Shown: piece after piece, positions 1 through 23,245 of the stretch | Position numbering within the stretch: the stretch's first letter is position 1 | Layout: each line of letters opens with the position of its first letter | Assembly (NCBI RefSeq): GCF_009914755.1 | Contig: NC_060943.1 | Direction: 5' to 3' (one strand) | Source of the DNA: the human T2T-CHM13v2.0 reference genome, Homo sapiens | DNA: 64,000 nucleotides | Translations under genes and position numbers: made by a program | The notes under the pieces: model-generated | What the model was told of the DNA's origin: nothing | The model's database searches: none | The model's input: the letters and a program-made list of their open reading frames with translations, nothing else

Positions 1-1
1 C

Positions 2-265
<264 letters not shown>

Positions 266-644
266 TGATCTTGAACTCCTGGGCTCAAGCGATCCTCCCG
301 CCTCAGCTTCCCAAAGTGCTGGGATTAGCCGTGAGCCACCTCGGCCGGCCAGCATTCTTTCTATCCAATTGTCCTTGACCGGGCTGAGATGTTTCCAGCC
401 AAATTGCATGAGGCTGTGCACATGTTTACCCAGTTTTTTTTTTCCTGACAAATTATCTGCTTATGAAGGGTAAATTACTTTGAGTTGGATTCTTTTTGCT
501 TTTGCCCAGGCTCTGCTTTCTACTAAGTAGCTCTTGACTAAATTGCCTGCTTCTGGCTATTTTCAACCACTTTTGTTTTAACCCAACGGTCTGTTTTCGG
601 TTCAATTGTCTTTCCTTTTTGACCCAATTATCTATCAGCTTTAG

Positions 645-962
<318 letters not shown>

Positions 963-1149
963 TGAGCTGCCACGCCTGGTCTATCTTTGCTTTTGACCGT
1001 ACTGTTCGTTTGTGGCAAGTTGGTTGTTATCGAGCTTGCCCTGTCTGCCAAGCATTCATTTTGGCAAAATTGATTTTATTTATTTATTTTAATCTATTTA
1101 TTTTTTAGAGACAGGGTCTCACACTGTTGCCTAGGCTGAAGTCTAGTAG

Positions 1150-1278
<129 letters not shown>

Positions 1279-1349
1279 TAGAGATGGAGTCTTGCTCTGT
1301 TGCCCAGGCTGATTTCAGACTTTGGAGCTCAAGCGTCCCTCCCGCCTCA

Positions 1350-1940
<591 letters not shown>

Positions 1941-1946
1941 TTAGGG

Positions 1947-2763
<817 letters not shown>

Positions 2764-2791
2764 TTAGGTAGAAAAATGGACATTTAATTAG

Positions 2792-3108
<317 letters not shown>

Positions 3109-3684
3109 TTAATTTAGGGAGGGGGTGGCTTGCCTTATTCCCTGGGAGAGCAAATGAAGGTGGAAGGTGAGGTGTGAGTGTGGGTGGACCTGGGGGGTGC
3201 TGAGGTCCCTGTGTGCATCTCCCTGAGGTCCCTGGCCTGCCGTTCTGTTAGAGACCCCGCCCACCCACTACCCTCTGAGTGACACTGGACACATTTCCAA
3301 GTGGAGAAGGAAGATAGGAAGACCAAAAGGCAGGGGCTACAGGAGAGGAGGTGAGGTTATACGGCGGAGTGGGGTGCGGGGGTCACAGTGCCCAGCTGGA
3401 GACAAGCAGGTTGTTGGTCTAAATGTCCACTCCTCCAGGCTAACCCCCCCCACCCCACCCCAATGACGGTGCCCACTCCCCAGCAGATGGCAGGCCTCCC
3501 AAGACAGGCACTAATGAACAGGGTACAGGAAAGCTTGAAAGGGGTCTTGCTGAGCCCTCTGGCCCCCACGTGCTCGTCACAGGCTCCTTGCTTCCCTGTG
3601 TGGTAGTGGGGAGGGGCCTTGGGATCACCAAGGTGCCCACCTTCCCATGTAACTCCCAGAACATCAATCAGGCTGAGTACTTAC

Positions 3685-3720
3685 TGTGCTGCTCACCCCA
3701 GCCAAAATAATTCCAGTTGC
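3685..3720 (-). CDS. UNC13A: UNC13A coding exon 8 (36-nt microexon), (C)NWNYFGWGEQH
   Basis: ttgtag acceptor after a long pyrimidine tract, gtaagt donor. Phase 1-1. Matches the Munc13-1 sequence ...NQCCNWNYFGWGEQHN... Confidence 0.93.
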
Positions 3721-6120
3721 CTACAAAGAGAAGGGGCAGAAATAATAAAAGGGAGCAGACAGAGGGGTGGGTGTAGGAAGGGGGCTCCCCTGCTGTCCTC
3801 ACTCTCCCCAACTGCTCCCCCCACCCCAAAAGTCCCTCTTGTCCTGAGTACCTTCCCTGAGTATCACCTTCATTGCTGACACTTGCTGTGTCTCTGCTCT
3901 CCACCTTGGGAGGAAGGTGGGATATCCCTGTTTGTTTATTTTTTTCTTTTCTTTAATTTTTTTTTTGAAACACGGTCTCACTCTGTCATCCAGCCTGGAG
4001 TAGAGTGGTGCAATCACGGCTTACTGCAGCCTCCAATTTCCAAGCTCAAGTGATCCTCCCACCTCAGCCTCCTGAGTAACTGAGATTACAGGCACACACC
4101 ACCATGTTCAGCTAATGTTTTGGTTCTTGGTGGTTTTCTTTTTGTTTTTTTGTGTGGAGATGGATCTTGCTATGTTGGTCAGGCTGGTCTCAAACACGTG
4201 GTCTCAAGTGAGGCCGAGTAGCTGGGATTTACAGGCATGAGCCACTGTGCCTGGCTCAGTTTTCAATGAGAGGAAAGGCTCAGTCAGGAAGTAACAAAGT
4301 GGGTATTTGGGCCCAGGGTTTTCTGACTATGATGTCTAGGGTTAGCAGTCTCCCAGTCTCCACCCTTTTCCTCTCCCAGCTCTTGGATAAGGAAAGACAC
4401 ACTAAATTGGAAACCCTAAGGTTTGAAACACCCCTGTTGGGTGGATTTTATCATTCTACTCATTTTATGGGTGAAACTATGGGGCTCAGAGGGATGGAGT
4501 GAGCAGCCCAAAGTCACAGAGCCTCTGCGCATCAGGGCCAGGGCGAGAACCACCTTTGCCTATCACGTGCAGTACCTGGCACTTCAGAAAAATGTCCTGG
4601 ACCAGAATCCTGGCTCCTCTGACCATTGGCTGCTTTCTCTGAGAAATAGGGTGACAAAATACTCCAAGGGAGGACTTGTGGGTAAATACTGAGTGGTGGT
4701 CTCCACTTCCCAAAATGAACCTGCCCCTGGCTCTAGTCCATCTGCCCAGGGGCTCTCTGCCATTGCCTTCCTGCCTCCACTCTGCCTGGCCCCGCCCCCA
4801 TTGCAACCTCTCAATGACCCCATTCACCAAGCGGGGGTTTGTAATTCCTTCCAGGCAGTGATGACCCCTCCCTGGCCAGGGAAGCCAAGGAACTTTCTCA
4901 ATATCACTCCCCAAGTTAGTGTGGAAACAGGGTACCCCAGCTGGAGTATCCCAAGCCCTCCTCAACCCCGGTTCCATTACCACCCTCCTGGACACATGGT
5001 GAGGGAGACACAGATACAGGGAGAGCTGTGAGAGGGGAGAAAAGGAAGATGGAAAAGCAAATGGAAAAGGTGCCAGGCATGGTGGCTCACACCTGTAATC
5101 CCAGCACTTTGGGAAGCTGAGGTGGGCAGATCACATGAGGTAAAAAATTTGAGACCAGCCTGGCCAACATGGCAAAACCCCATCTCTACTAAAAATACAA
5201 AAATTAGCTGGGCGTGGTGGCATGTGCCTGTAATCCCCACTGCTCAAGAGGCTGAGGCACAAGAATCACTCAAATCCGGGAGGCAGAGGCTGCAGTGAGC
5301 CAAGATAGTACTATTGCAGTCCAGTCTGGGTGACAGAGGGAGACTCTATCTCCAAGAAAAAAAAAAAGAGAAGAAGAAAAGAAAGTAAATGGGAAAGGAG
5401 AAGGAGGCTAAAGAGTGCAGTGGGGTTTTGGTGTCAGCAGGTGGGAGCTCTGCCCTGAGGCTATATGATTTGCTACTTCCCCTCCACCACAGAGCAATGG
5501 GAAGTCATTTTAAGGAGGGAGACAGCTCCTCCATCCATGAAAAGACCTGGTCTGGATGCATCTGAGTGTCCACAAGGCCCAGGAAGATAAAAAATCTTGA
5601 CAACTGCAGCCTTGATGGAAATAGGAAGAGGAACGTGATCATCATCATCATTAACAGACAAGGTGCAGTGGAAAGGGAAGCAAAGTTGGAGTCCCTCAGA
5701 CCTGGGTTCAAATCCTGGCTCTGCCAGTTGCCGGGTGTGTGGCCTTGGGTAAATCACATCTCCTCTTGGGCCTCAGTTTCTCCATCTAAGAAAATGGGTT
5801 AGTGAAACAGCCTTCGTCTGTTGTACGTGCGCCCATTGTACATGTGCTGGCAGGATCTTCTGCCTGTGTCTGTCTGCACCATCTGACGTGGGCTGCTCGG
5901 GGTTTGTGCTGGCCCCATGAATAGTTTGTGGAATGAGTTATACGCCCTCATCCAGGATCTGATGAATGGAAGTGAAGCATCTACGAAGTGTTTTTCATGT
6001 CTCTAGATGTCCCAGATCCTTCCAACAGCCCTCAGAGTGAGGGGGCTGTCAGATGCGCTATTTCAAAGAGAGGGCCCCTAAATATCGAAGAGGGACACTG
6101 GCCTGCCCATGACCACATAG

Positions 6121-6675
<555 letters not shown>

Positions 6676-6812
6676 TAATACACTGTAAGTGGACACTGCA
6701 CTCTCAGGACTTGTATCTCCGGACTGGAGGAGCCTTTAGACAGGACAGTCATGGGGTAGGGGAGGGATGAGGATTTCAGCTGATACCCAAGGAAGAATCA
6801 AGAGGTACTTAC

Positions 6813-6867
6813 AGCACTGGTTGCTGGGGACAGGCAGAGGCTTGTCTTGCTCATCTTGGAACGAATA
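6813..6867 (-). CDS. UNC13A: UNC13A coding exon 7 (55 nt), [18 protein letters not shown]
   Basis: cttcag acceptor, gtaagt donor. Phase 0-1, continues the frame. Confidence 0.95.
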
Positions 6868-7193
6868 CTGAAGGGGTGGAGGAAGGAGAAAGGGCTTCTC
6901 TCAGAGGGGCCAAAGGCCAGGGGACCAGGATAGTCCTCTGTTCTGTCCAATCCCGACTTCCCTCTACCTCCCAAATTCTCTCCCTCTCTATGAGAAGGAT
7001 ACAGGGAGTAAGAGAGAAAAGGAGAGAAAGACACACACACACGAGAGAGAGAGAGAGAGAGAAAGACAGAGACAGAGACAGAGACAGAAAAAGTAAGAAA
7101 CAGAGATAGAAAAAAGACTAGGGGCCAGGTGCAGTGACTCACACCTGTAATCCCAGCACTTTGGGAGGCCGAAGCGGGCAGATCACGAGGTCA

Positions 7194-7784
<591 letters not shown>

Positions 7785-7865
7785 TAGCTAATTTTTTGTA
7801 CTTTTAGTAGAGACGGGGTTTCACCGTGTTGGCCAGGCTGGTCTCGAACTCCTGGCCTCAAATAA

Positions 7866-8084
<219 letters not shown>

Positions 8085-8210
8085 TGACCCCATCATTGTC
8101 TAGAGACTGGACCACATGGGTCATGGATGCAGTCAGGTTACAAAGAGTTAGAAACAGAGATGCAGGGAAAGACAAGCTTAGAGAGAAACAGCATCTGTAA
8201 GTGAAAATCA

Positions 8211-8408
<198 letters not shown>

Positions 8409-8565
8409 CTACTGAGCTCCACCCGGGCCCTGGCTTCTGGGGTCTTTGGCAAAGCCTCAGAAGTAGGGGTGGGTTGGTCTGCGGTCTCAGGAGGGTGGAT
8501 GGAGATGAAGGGGAGGTACCGTGGTGCCTCTGACGCCCCTCTTCCCAGAGCTGAATGGAGAATAG

Positions 8566-8821
<256 letters not shown>

Positions 8822-9593
8822 TAGAGACAGGGTTTCTCCATGTTGGCCAGGCTGCTCTCAAACTCCTGACATCAGGTGATCCATCTGCCTCGGCCTCTCA
8901 AAGTGCTGGGATTATAGGCATGAGCCACCACGCCCAGCCCATTGTTTTTATTTTTATTTTTTTAGAGACAGGGTCTCGCTCTGTCACCCAGGCTGGAGTG
9001 CAGTGGCACAATCACAACTCACTGAAGCCTCAAACTCCTGGGCTTGAGCCATCCTCTTGCCTCAGCCTCCCAAATAGTTGGGACTACAGAAACCCAGCAC
9101 CATGCCTGGTGAATTTTTAACTTTTTCATAGAGATGGGATCTCACTAGATGGCCCAGGCTGGTCTCAAACTCCTGGCCTCAAATGATCCTCCCCCCTTGG
9201 CCTCCCAAAGTGCTGGGATTACAGACATGAGAAGCTATGCCTGGCCAGCCATGGGTTCTTAGAAGAATGAGGTGGAGAGACTCAAGGTGCTTCCAGGAAA
9301 GGAAGAGGGGACTATCTGTTCTCAGCCTCTGTCTACATGTCTCTCTCTGTCTCTCTTTGTCTCTCTGTCTCTGTCTGTCTCTCCTCCTATCCCCAGTTCA
9401 CTGTTGCAGTCTCAGGCATCACCAAGGAACAGCCAGGATAGCTCAACCCTGAACGCCCTCGGTCGTGAAGCACTTGCAGCTCACTGGGAAGCTACGGGGC
9501 CCAGGTCATGGCCCGCACCCAGCAGGTTCACATCCCTGTTCTCTGCAACCCAAGAAACTCTCTCTCCTCCGGGGCGAAGGACCCTCATTCTCA

Positions 9594-11168
<1,575 letters not shown>

Positions 11169-11547
11169 TCATATTGGGTGATGCCAGGGTCCCCAAGAGG
11201 CCCAGCCATCATCACCCTGGCTCCTGAGAGCCCATAGCCCTTGGAAACAGGGCTGGACACAGGCACCCCCAGCCCCATGAGGTCATAGCCCAGAGGGAGG
11301 AAGGAGGGCTAAAGGATCTAGAGAGAAGTCAGAGAGGGCTTCCTGGAGGTGGGCACATGGGAATTTAGAAGGTGATGGAAAGGAGGACACTTGAAGCTCA
11401 GGGAACACACTATGCAAAGGTTCAGAGGGTGGAATCTGGGAGGGGTAGAGGTTAGAGTGTGGGGGGAGATGAGGCTAGTGGGCAGGTGCCATCTGAAGGG
11501 CCTCCCAAGGCAGATGGACAGGGGAGGACAGATCAGAGCTCCAGCTA

Positions 11548-11817
<270 letters not shown>

Positions 11818-12074
11818 TCAGGAGGCTGAGGTGGGAGGATCACTTGAGCCTGGGAAGTCGAGGCTGCAGTGGGCCATGATCATGCCAATGCACTCCAGCC
11901 TGGGCAACAGAGTGAGACCCTGTCTCAAAAATAAATAATTAAATAAAAAATAGACATCACTACTACCTGCTGACAATGATGCACAGGCTGAGGGGCCAGG
12001 GTTGTTACCTAGCACCTTCTTATGAGTTGGTGTAAGCTTCCTGCTGCTGCCCATCTGGGACACAAAATGCTAAT

Positions 12075-12490
12075 TGCCTATATTATCCCTTTTCTCCTTC
12101 CAAGGTAATACATTTTTAGCTGTGCCTAGGGAAGCACAGCCCAGGACTACATTTTCCAGCCTACGACTACATTTCCCAGAATCCCTTGCAGCAAGGTGTT
12201 GGCCACATGTCTAAGTTCTGGCCAATGAGATGTGCATGAACCACCCCCCTCCCCCACCACCAGCACCTTTCGGTGGTTGGAATGAAGATGCAATGGTGAG
12301 CCTAAAGCAGCCATTTGGGGCCACAAGGTGGAAGCCACATGGAGAGAGAGGCAGAGCAAGATAGAAGGTGTATAGGCTCTAGTGACTTTGGAAGGTTCGT
12401 GGCAATCCCAAGTGTCTACATTGATGTTGTCAGGGGATAGGAGATAAATGCCCATCTTGTTTAGTCCACTGGTCTCTGGGCTTCTGCAAG
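12075..12490. mobile_element. MLT1-type (ERVL-MaLR) LTR remnant next to UNC13A exon 4
   Basis: ttcccagaatcccttgcagcaagg..ggccacatgtctaagttctggccaatgagatgtg and gcagccatt..ggccac resemble MLT1J/K. Subfamily uncertain. Confidence 0.65.
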
Positions 12491-12530
12491 GCACTCCTCC
12501 TTCTTCACCCTCAGGCCACCCGCCACTCAC

Positions 12531-12648
12531 CTCATTGGACTGGCGGATGGTCCTCAGTGGGATCCACACAGTGCCCACCATTGTGTCCCAGATGAGACCC
12601 TTATTCCACACCTCCACCGTCAGTCCCAAATCCAGACGGTTAATCTCG
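12531..12648 (-). CDS. UNC13A: UNC13A coding exon 4 (118 nt), (F)[39 protein letters not shown]
   Basis: ctgcag acceptor, gtgagt donor. Partly visible in ORF 12147..12629(-). Confidence 0.97.
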
Positions 12649-13191
12649 CTGCAGAAAAAGGAGAGGGGGCGTCGAGGGAGCAGGAGGGAGGAAACGGGGG
12701 CCCAGGGAGTTTAGTTGATTCGCCTGAGAACACACAGCATACTGCAATTCAAACCTAGGCCTGGGAGTGTCCTAGGTGGTAGGGTAACATGGTGGTTCTC
12801 ATTTTATAGAGGGGAAACTGAGGCCAGTGGGGGAAGTTAAGAGCTCGGGGTATCACAAAAGAACCAGGATTCAAAGCCGGGAAGGATGGCGTGGGGACAG
12901 ATGTTACACATCGCCTGCACCTTCATCTTTCTGAGCCCTTCCTTGGGCCCTCCAACACTGACCATGCTGGGTAAGTGAGGAAGAGGCTCAAATACCCTCC
13001 ATAGCTCCCTTTACCTACAGGATAAGGACATTCGGGTCACCTCTGTCCTTCCCAGTGTCATCCCCATCTAATGATGTGAGGACACGATCCCACCTCAAAG
13101 CACTTTCCCTGCAGGCCTCGCCCTAGACATATGTGAATTCGGGGGAGCAGGAAACTTGGTGAAATGTGAGATTCACTGAATTTACAGTTTA

Positions 13192-14000
<809 letters not shown>

Positions 14001-14003
14001 TTA

Positions 14004-14720
<717 letters not shown>

Positions 14721-14808
14721 ATTCCCCAGTGTCCAGCTCTGCCCTGAGGGGCCAGCGAGGTGCTGGGCTATGCCAGGGAGTGAGGTCATGCCAGACGCTG
14801 CAGACTCA

Positions 14809-14943
<135 letters not shown>

Positions 14944-15279
14944 TCAGGGACTCTCCAATGCCCCTTCCCAAGCTCTAGACCATCTGCTGTGATCCCCTCA
15001 GGAATTTCTGGGCCACTCACCCCCTAACCCACAACCCCACCCTCAGGGCACAAGGGAGGGGCCTCAGTGTGGGGAGACGTGGAATTTTGGGATACTTCAT
15101 CCAGCTGCTTCGAAATGACCATGCCATTGGTTTTCAGCTAAAAAGACTGAGGTCCCAGAAAAGGGGAACAAAATTGACTGTAAGAAACCCCCTTTGCAGG
15201 CTGGGTGCAGTGGCTCGCGCCTATAATGCCAGCACTTTGGGAGGTCAAGGGGGGAGGATTGCTTGAGCCCAGCAGTTCA

Positions 15280-15867
<588 letters not shown>

Positions 15868-16164
15868 CTAAGAGTCCCCATTCTACCTCTTAGGACCCTG
15901 GGAAGAGCCACTGGCTCAGGGCAAGCCCCACCCCTTACAGACTCTCCAAGGATGGCTGGGGAGACCCGGGGACCCCCATACAAACTGCAGGGACCCCAGG
16001 CCAATGGCTGCCCCTCCCCCTATTTAATCTTCTGACCCCTCTCCTGATGCTCAGAAGACATAAAGCCCAACTCTAAGTCTGGGCTGGGACCTCCTCCCAG
16101 TCTCTCCAAGAGACAGACAGACAGACAGACAACACGGGACAGGACAGCAAGAGAAGCCACTTAC

Positions 16165-16194
16165 CTTGGGCACCATCAAACTTGGCTTTTTTGA
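16165..16194 (-). CDS. UNC13A: UNC13A coding exon 2 (30 nt), (V)KKAKFDGAQ
   Basis: Polypyrimidine tract and ccacag acceptor, gtaagt donor. Phase 1-1, in frame with exons 1 and 3. Confidence 0.96.
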
Positions 16195-16925
16195 CTGTGG
16201 AGAGAGACAGAGATAGGGAAGGGAGGTGGGGAGAGATGTGGGGAGGAGGAGGCAGAGATACGGAGAGATTCAGAGACACACCAAGATGGAGACATAAGGA
16301 GAGAGACACAGAGGAGAGACAGGCAAAGATAAAAAGCAAAAGAGACAGATGTTAAAAAAGAAAGATAGAAGCAATGTCAGAGACAGAGACAAGGGGAGGA
16401 GGAGAGGTAGGAAAGAGGAGGCAGGGATGAGAGGGAGAGAGAGAAGCCATCAGACAGATGAGCACAGGCAACCCTAGAATGGAAGGAAATTTGGACCCTG
16501 AGAGCATTCCCTGCCCCTCCCTCTCCCTGCATCCCCTGTCCCCATCAAACTCCCCAAGCTCCCAACTAGCTGTGCCTTTACCCACAATTGAACAAGATTA
16601 GAAAGAAAGAGCTGGGCAGATGGTGGGAGAGGCCTCCTACAAGAAGCCCTCCAGGATTGCCCCAGAAGAAGAGGGGAAGTTGAGGAGGTGGAGAAGAAGA
16701 AGGCGAGGATAAAGACAATCTCTGATGACTCCACCAGCCCCGACAGGTCAGCAAGACCTCTCCCTTGATTGTCCAGCTCAGTCTGCAATGTCAAATGCTC
16801 CCAGGGTTTGGGGAAGCCTCAAAGAAGGCTGGGTGAGTTGGGACAAAGCAACCCAGAGAGCTGGCTCTCAAAATGCATGTGGAGGGCGAGGCACGGTGGC
16901 TCACACCTATAACCCCAGCACTTTA

Positions 16926-17165
<240 letters not shown>

Positions 17166-17267
17166 TCAACAACAACCAAAAGTAATGTACAGGGAGACAC
17201 TTGGGTCCTGGCTGGAGGGTTGACAGAGATTGTCCAGCCCCACCTGCTTGTGGGAGGTGTAACCTGA

Positions 17268-17684
<417 letters not shown>

Positions 17685-18499
17685 TAGTAGAGACAGGGTT
17701 TCAGTATATGTCGGCCAGGCTGGTCTCAAACTCCTGATCTCAGGTGATCCATCCGCCTTGGCCTCCCAAGGTGCTGGGATGACAGGTGTGAGCTGCCACA
17801 CCGGCCCCTTTTCTTTCCTCCCTCTTTTCTTCTCCCCTTTTCCTTTTCAAATTAGTGTCTTTGTTTGTGTAGGCAATGCATGCACATGTTGTAAAATCCA
17901 AAACAACCAAAAGATGAGGCACTGAGAATAAAGCTCTTTCCATCCCAGCCCTTCATCTCCCTCCCAAATGCAATCAACGTTGGCAGTTCCTTGTTCCACT
18001 GGAGATGGTCCATGCGTCGGCAACCATACCCACGTTCGTTTTGCTTGATTTCCAAGACAAATGGTAGCATTCGACACCCACTGTTCTAATCCTTCATGTT
18101 TTTTCAGTATGTCTTGAAGAGCGTGTACTAGCGAGTTGAAGGATAAATTCCTAGAAACAGAATTGTGTTTCTATGGGCAGATGTCACAGCCTCCCATCCC
18201 GGGTTTGTATCTCTGTCCTCATCGCTTGAATTTCTGTCTCACAAAAGGCACCTGAGTGGAGCCAGTGAAGAGAGAATTCCCGTGAAGAGCGGGGGAAGTG
18301 CGATGGCCCTAAACACATGTCAGTAAAGACTGTTCCTGGCCAGGCGCGGTGGCTCATGCCTGTAATCCCAGCACTTTGGGAGGCCGAGGCAGGTGGATCA
18401 CTTGACGTCAGGAGTTCGAGACCAGCCTGAACAACATGGGGAAACCTCGTCTCTCCTAAAATAACAAAAATTAGCCGGGTGTGGTGGCACGCACCTCTA

Positions 18500-18637
<138 letters not shown>

Positions 18638-18828
18638 TCAGATTCCTGAGCTGTGTGACCCTGGGCAAGTGAACCCCTCTCTCTGGGCCTTCATCTCTGC
18701 TTCCATCTCTGTCTTTTTTTTTTCTAGGTCTGGTTTGTTCGCTCACATCCTCAGCCCCACCCAGCCCCCAGGGAGCGCACCCACCCAGCACCTCACCCCT
18801 GGGACTGAAAGAGGCTCAGGAACACTCA

Positions 18829-19723
<895 letters not shown>

Positions 19724-20349
19724 CTAGACTGGGCTGGGCTCACTTGAAGCTCCTCCAACTGTGCCCTGTTTTATAAACCATGGATTTAGGCTCAGCGGGG
19801 AGCCCAGTAGCTCCTTGATCTGTTCTCTCTCTCTCTTTCCCAATCCCTGTCTCTCATCTCCCTCCTCCCCGTTCTATTTCTCTCCACTCTGGTCGTCTTC
19901 TTTTGGTCTCTGTTCTCTCCTTCTCTCTCTCACTGTCTCTGCCCTTCTTGTGCCCCTCCCTTGGTCAGTCCGGCTCCTCTTCCCTAAGCCTCAGCTCCTT
20001 CCTGCAGCCTCTCTTGGCTAGAGGGGAATGGTCTCCGTTGGGGTCCTCAGGCAGTGGGGGACCGGCTGGAGGGCTGTACCCTCTGATAGCTGAAGCCAGG
20101 CTCCTGCACTTAGCTCCCTGCCGAGGTCCAGGTTGAGGACATCCATGATTTTTCATCACTGGGGCTCCCAGTGGGAGAGGGGTCTCAGAGGGAAAAGGGG
20201 ACAGGAAAGGGGGCCGAGAGTGGCGAGGGGGTTCTCAGGAGGGAAGGGTGTTCGCGGTGAGGGAGGGGATTCGGGAAGGGGGATGGGCGCAGAGGGGAGG
20301 GTGGTATCGGGGGAGAGGCTTGGAGGAGGAAGGGGGCTCAGAGAAGGAA

Positions 20350-20760
20350 CCCAGTCTCTCTCCCTGTCTTCCCCGGTCAGTAAATGGTCCCTGAGTCACC
20401 GTCTTCGTCGTCACATCCCGCCACCTCCCCGCCTGCGCCGGGTTGCTGTATCAGGGTCAGCGGGGCGGAAGCGCCACCCTTCCCCAGCGGGCTTCGGGTC
20501 ACACGCATGAGGCTATTTATAGCGTGGGCGCGCGGAGGGCGTGGGAGGCGCGCCGGCGGACAGGGGGGCGGGGATGAGGGGGGTGCCCACTGCTGTCCCC
20601 AGCGACGAGCGGGTGAAGACACCGCGTCATGCGGCCTCAAAGGTCTTTGGGGCCCCCAGAAGCGCTGACTGATGAATGTAGTGGCCGTACCCGGGGAGGC
20701 TGAGGCAGGAGTTCAGGCTGCGGGACACCCCTGCAGCCTGGCTTCGCGCCTCCGTTTCTG
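20350..20760. promoter_or_regulatory. Intronic CpG-rich element (candidate enhancer or alternative promoter) in UNC13A intron 1
   Basis: CpG-dense patch with TGAGTCA (20392-20398), CTATTTATAG (20513-20522), GCGTGGGCG (20522-20530) and GGGGCGGGG (20565-20573). Confidence 0.65.
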
Positions 20761-20956
20761 CATCTGGAAAATGGGGAGACGGAGTGGCTGATCTCCCTTC
20801 CCTCTCCTTTCTCCTCCTCTTCTTCCCTCCTCTTCCTCCCTCACCCCTTCTGCAGAATGATTATAGTGTCATTTATACTATTATTATTATTACTGATATC
20901 TTTACTGTTTTTATTATTTGGTTGTGTTCTAAAGGTGTCCCTGGCCTGGATTCTAG

Positions 20957-21337
<381 letters not shown>

Positions 21338-21829
21338 TGACCCTGGATTCTAATTAGGGGGGACTGCAGTCTTGGGGCACTGGCTCCCTGACCTGCCACG
21401 TGGGATGGGGTGGGGAGACAGGAGGTGGAGATCCAGCCGTCTAGGGCTTCTGAAAGCCCACCCGCCCCAGGATTAGCTTGGGGGAAGGGAGGAAGCATAG
21501 AGAATCCAGAAATAGATTATAGGAGATTTGATCGTTTTGTGTGTGATGTTGGTGGAGGGCATTTCAGCGGGAGATGGATGGGCTTTAGGATAAAAGACCT
21601 CAGCTGTGCTGGTTTCGCATCTGGGAGACACTAAATGAGGACCCTTATCCTCCGTTGACACAAATAGACCAGAGCCAGACTGAGCCTTCAGTGTAAAAAA
21701 CACCAAGAACCTGGAGTTCCAGAGAGCTTCGGGAATAAGGGATTTGTGTGTGTGTTGTTTACCATGAACCACTTAGAAGTAGGCCTAGCCTATAGTAGGT
21801 GCTCATTAAATAGTAATTCACGGAAGGAA

Positions 21830-21837
21830 TGACGTCA
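21830..21837. promoter_or_regulatory. Palindromic CRE (TGACGTCA)
   Basis: Exact CREB/ATF palindrome 57 bp from the canonical RE1. Confidence 0.5.
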
Positions 21838-21894
21838 CCTCCTCCATTAATCCTGGGAGGCTGAGCTAAGAGCTGTCCCCCAGAGGCGCGGGCA

Positions 21895-21915
21895 GGCGCT
21901 GTCCACGGTGCTGAA
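21895..21915 (-). promoter_or_regulatory. Canonical RE1/NRSE (REST binding site) in UNC13A intron 1
   Basis: Minus strand TTCAGCACCGTGGACAGCGCC versus consensus TTCAGCACCACGGACAGCGCC. Only the 2-nt spacer differs. Confidence 0.92.
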
Positions 21916-22065
21916 TGCTCGGTCCCACCCGTGTACCCTCAACGAACTAGGCTCCCTCCTGGAGTGGCCCTGGGGGACCCCTCTTGGAGCGCTCCTCGGG
22001 CCCCAGAATGCAGTGGACTCTCAGAAATGTCCTGCACTCAGAACCGCCTTCCAGAAAGCTTTTAG

Positions 22066-22269
<204 letters not shown>

Positions 22270-23095
22270 TAGTAAAGACAGGGTTTCACCATGTTGCCCA
22301 GGGTGGTCTTGAACTCCTGAGCTCAGGAGATCTGCCCGCCTAGGCCTCCCAAAGTGCTGGGATTACAGGCGTGAGCCACCGCGGCCGGCCCATCATTGAT
22401 TTTTCATGTCTTTTGCTCACGATTATTGGGCCTTCCCGTAGGCCAGGAGTCATGCCAGGGGCTCTGCAAGCCTCATTAGAGAGTTCTGGCAAACGTAGAT
22501 GGTGGATGCTACTCCTGTGCCCATTCCACAGATGAGCACACCAAGGAATGCAGAGGATGTGAGACTTGCCAGGAAGTGGTGGACTTAGCAATTCACACTC
22601 AGGCCTGCTGGACCCAGGATGCCCTTATTGGCACCTTGCAGAAGAGGTCCATTGTATGTGGAAGAAAAGTGAGGCCAGGTTAGGGAAAGGGTTAGGCTGC
22701 AGCCCTGAAGATGCAACTCTGGAGGGCATCCCATGAGAACGGTAGGAGCTAAGACCTAGATGCAGCTCCTCCTAGCTGGAGGGTATCAGGGACTGAGTAG
22801 CCAGGAACGGAGGGATGTGTGAAGGCTTCTTAGGCAAGGAGCAGGGGAATAGCCCCGATGAATGGAGAGATTGTGACATGTCTGTTTACTAGATGCATGA
22901 GAGAAGAAAGCAATCCTGGCTGGGCACAGTGGCTCATGCCTGTAATCCCAGCACTTTGGGAGGCCAAAGCAGGTAGATCACTTGGTGGTCAGGAGTTCGA
23001 GGCCAGCCTGGCTAGCATGGTGAAACCCCATCTCCACTAAAAATACAAAAAATTAGCTGGGCATGATGGTGTGCATCTGTAATCTCAGCTACTCA

Positions 23096-23245
<150 letters not shown>

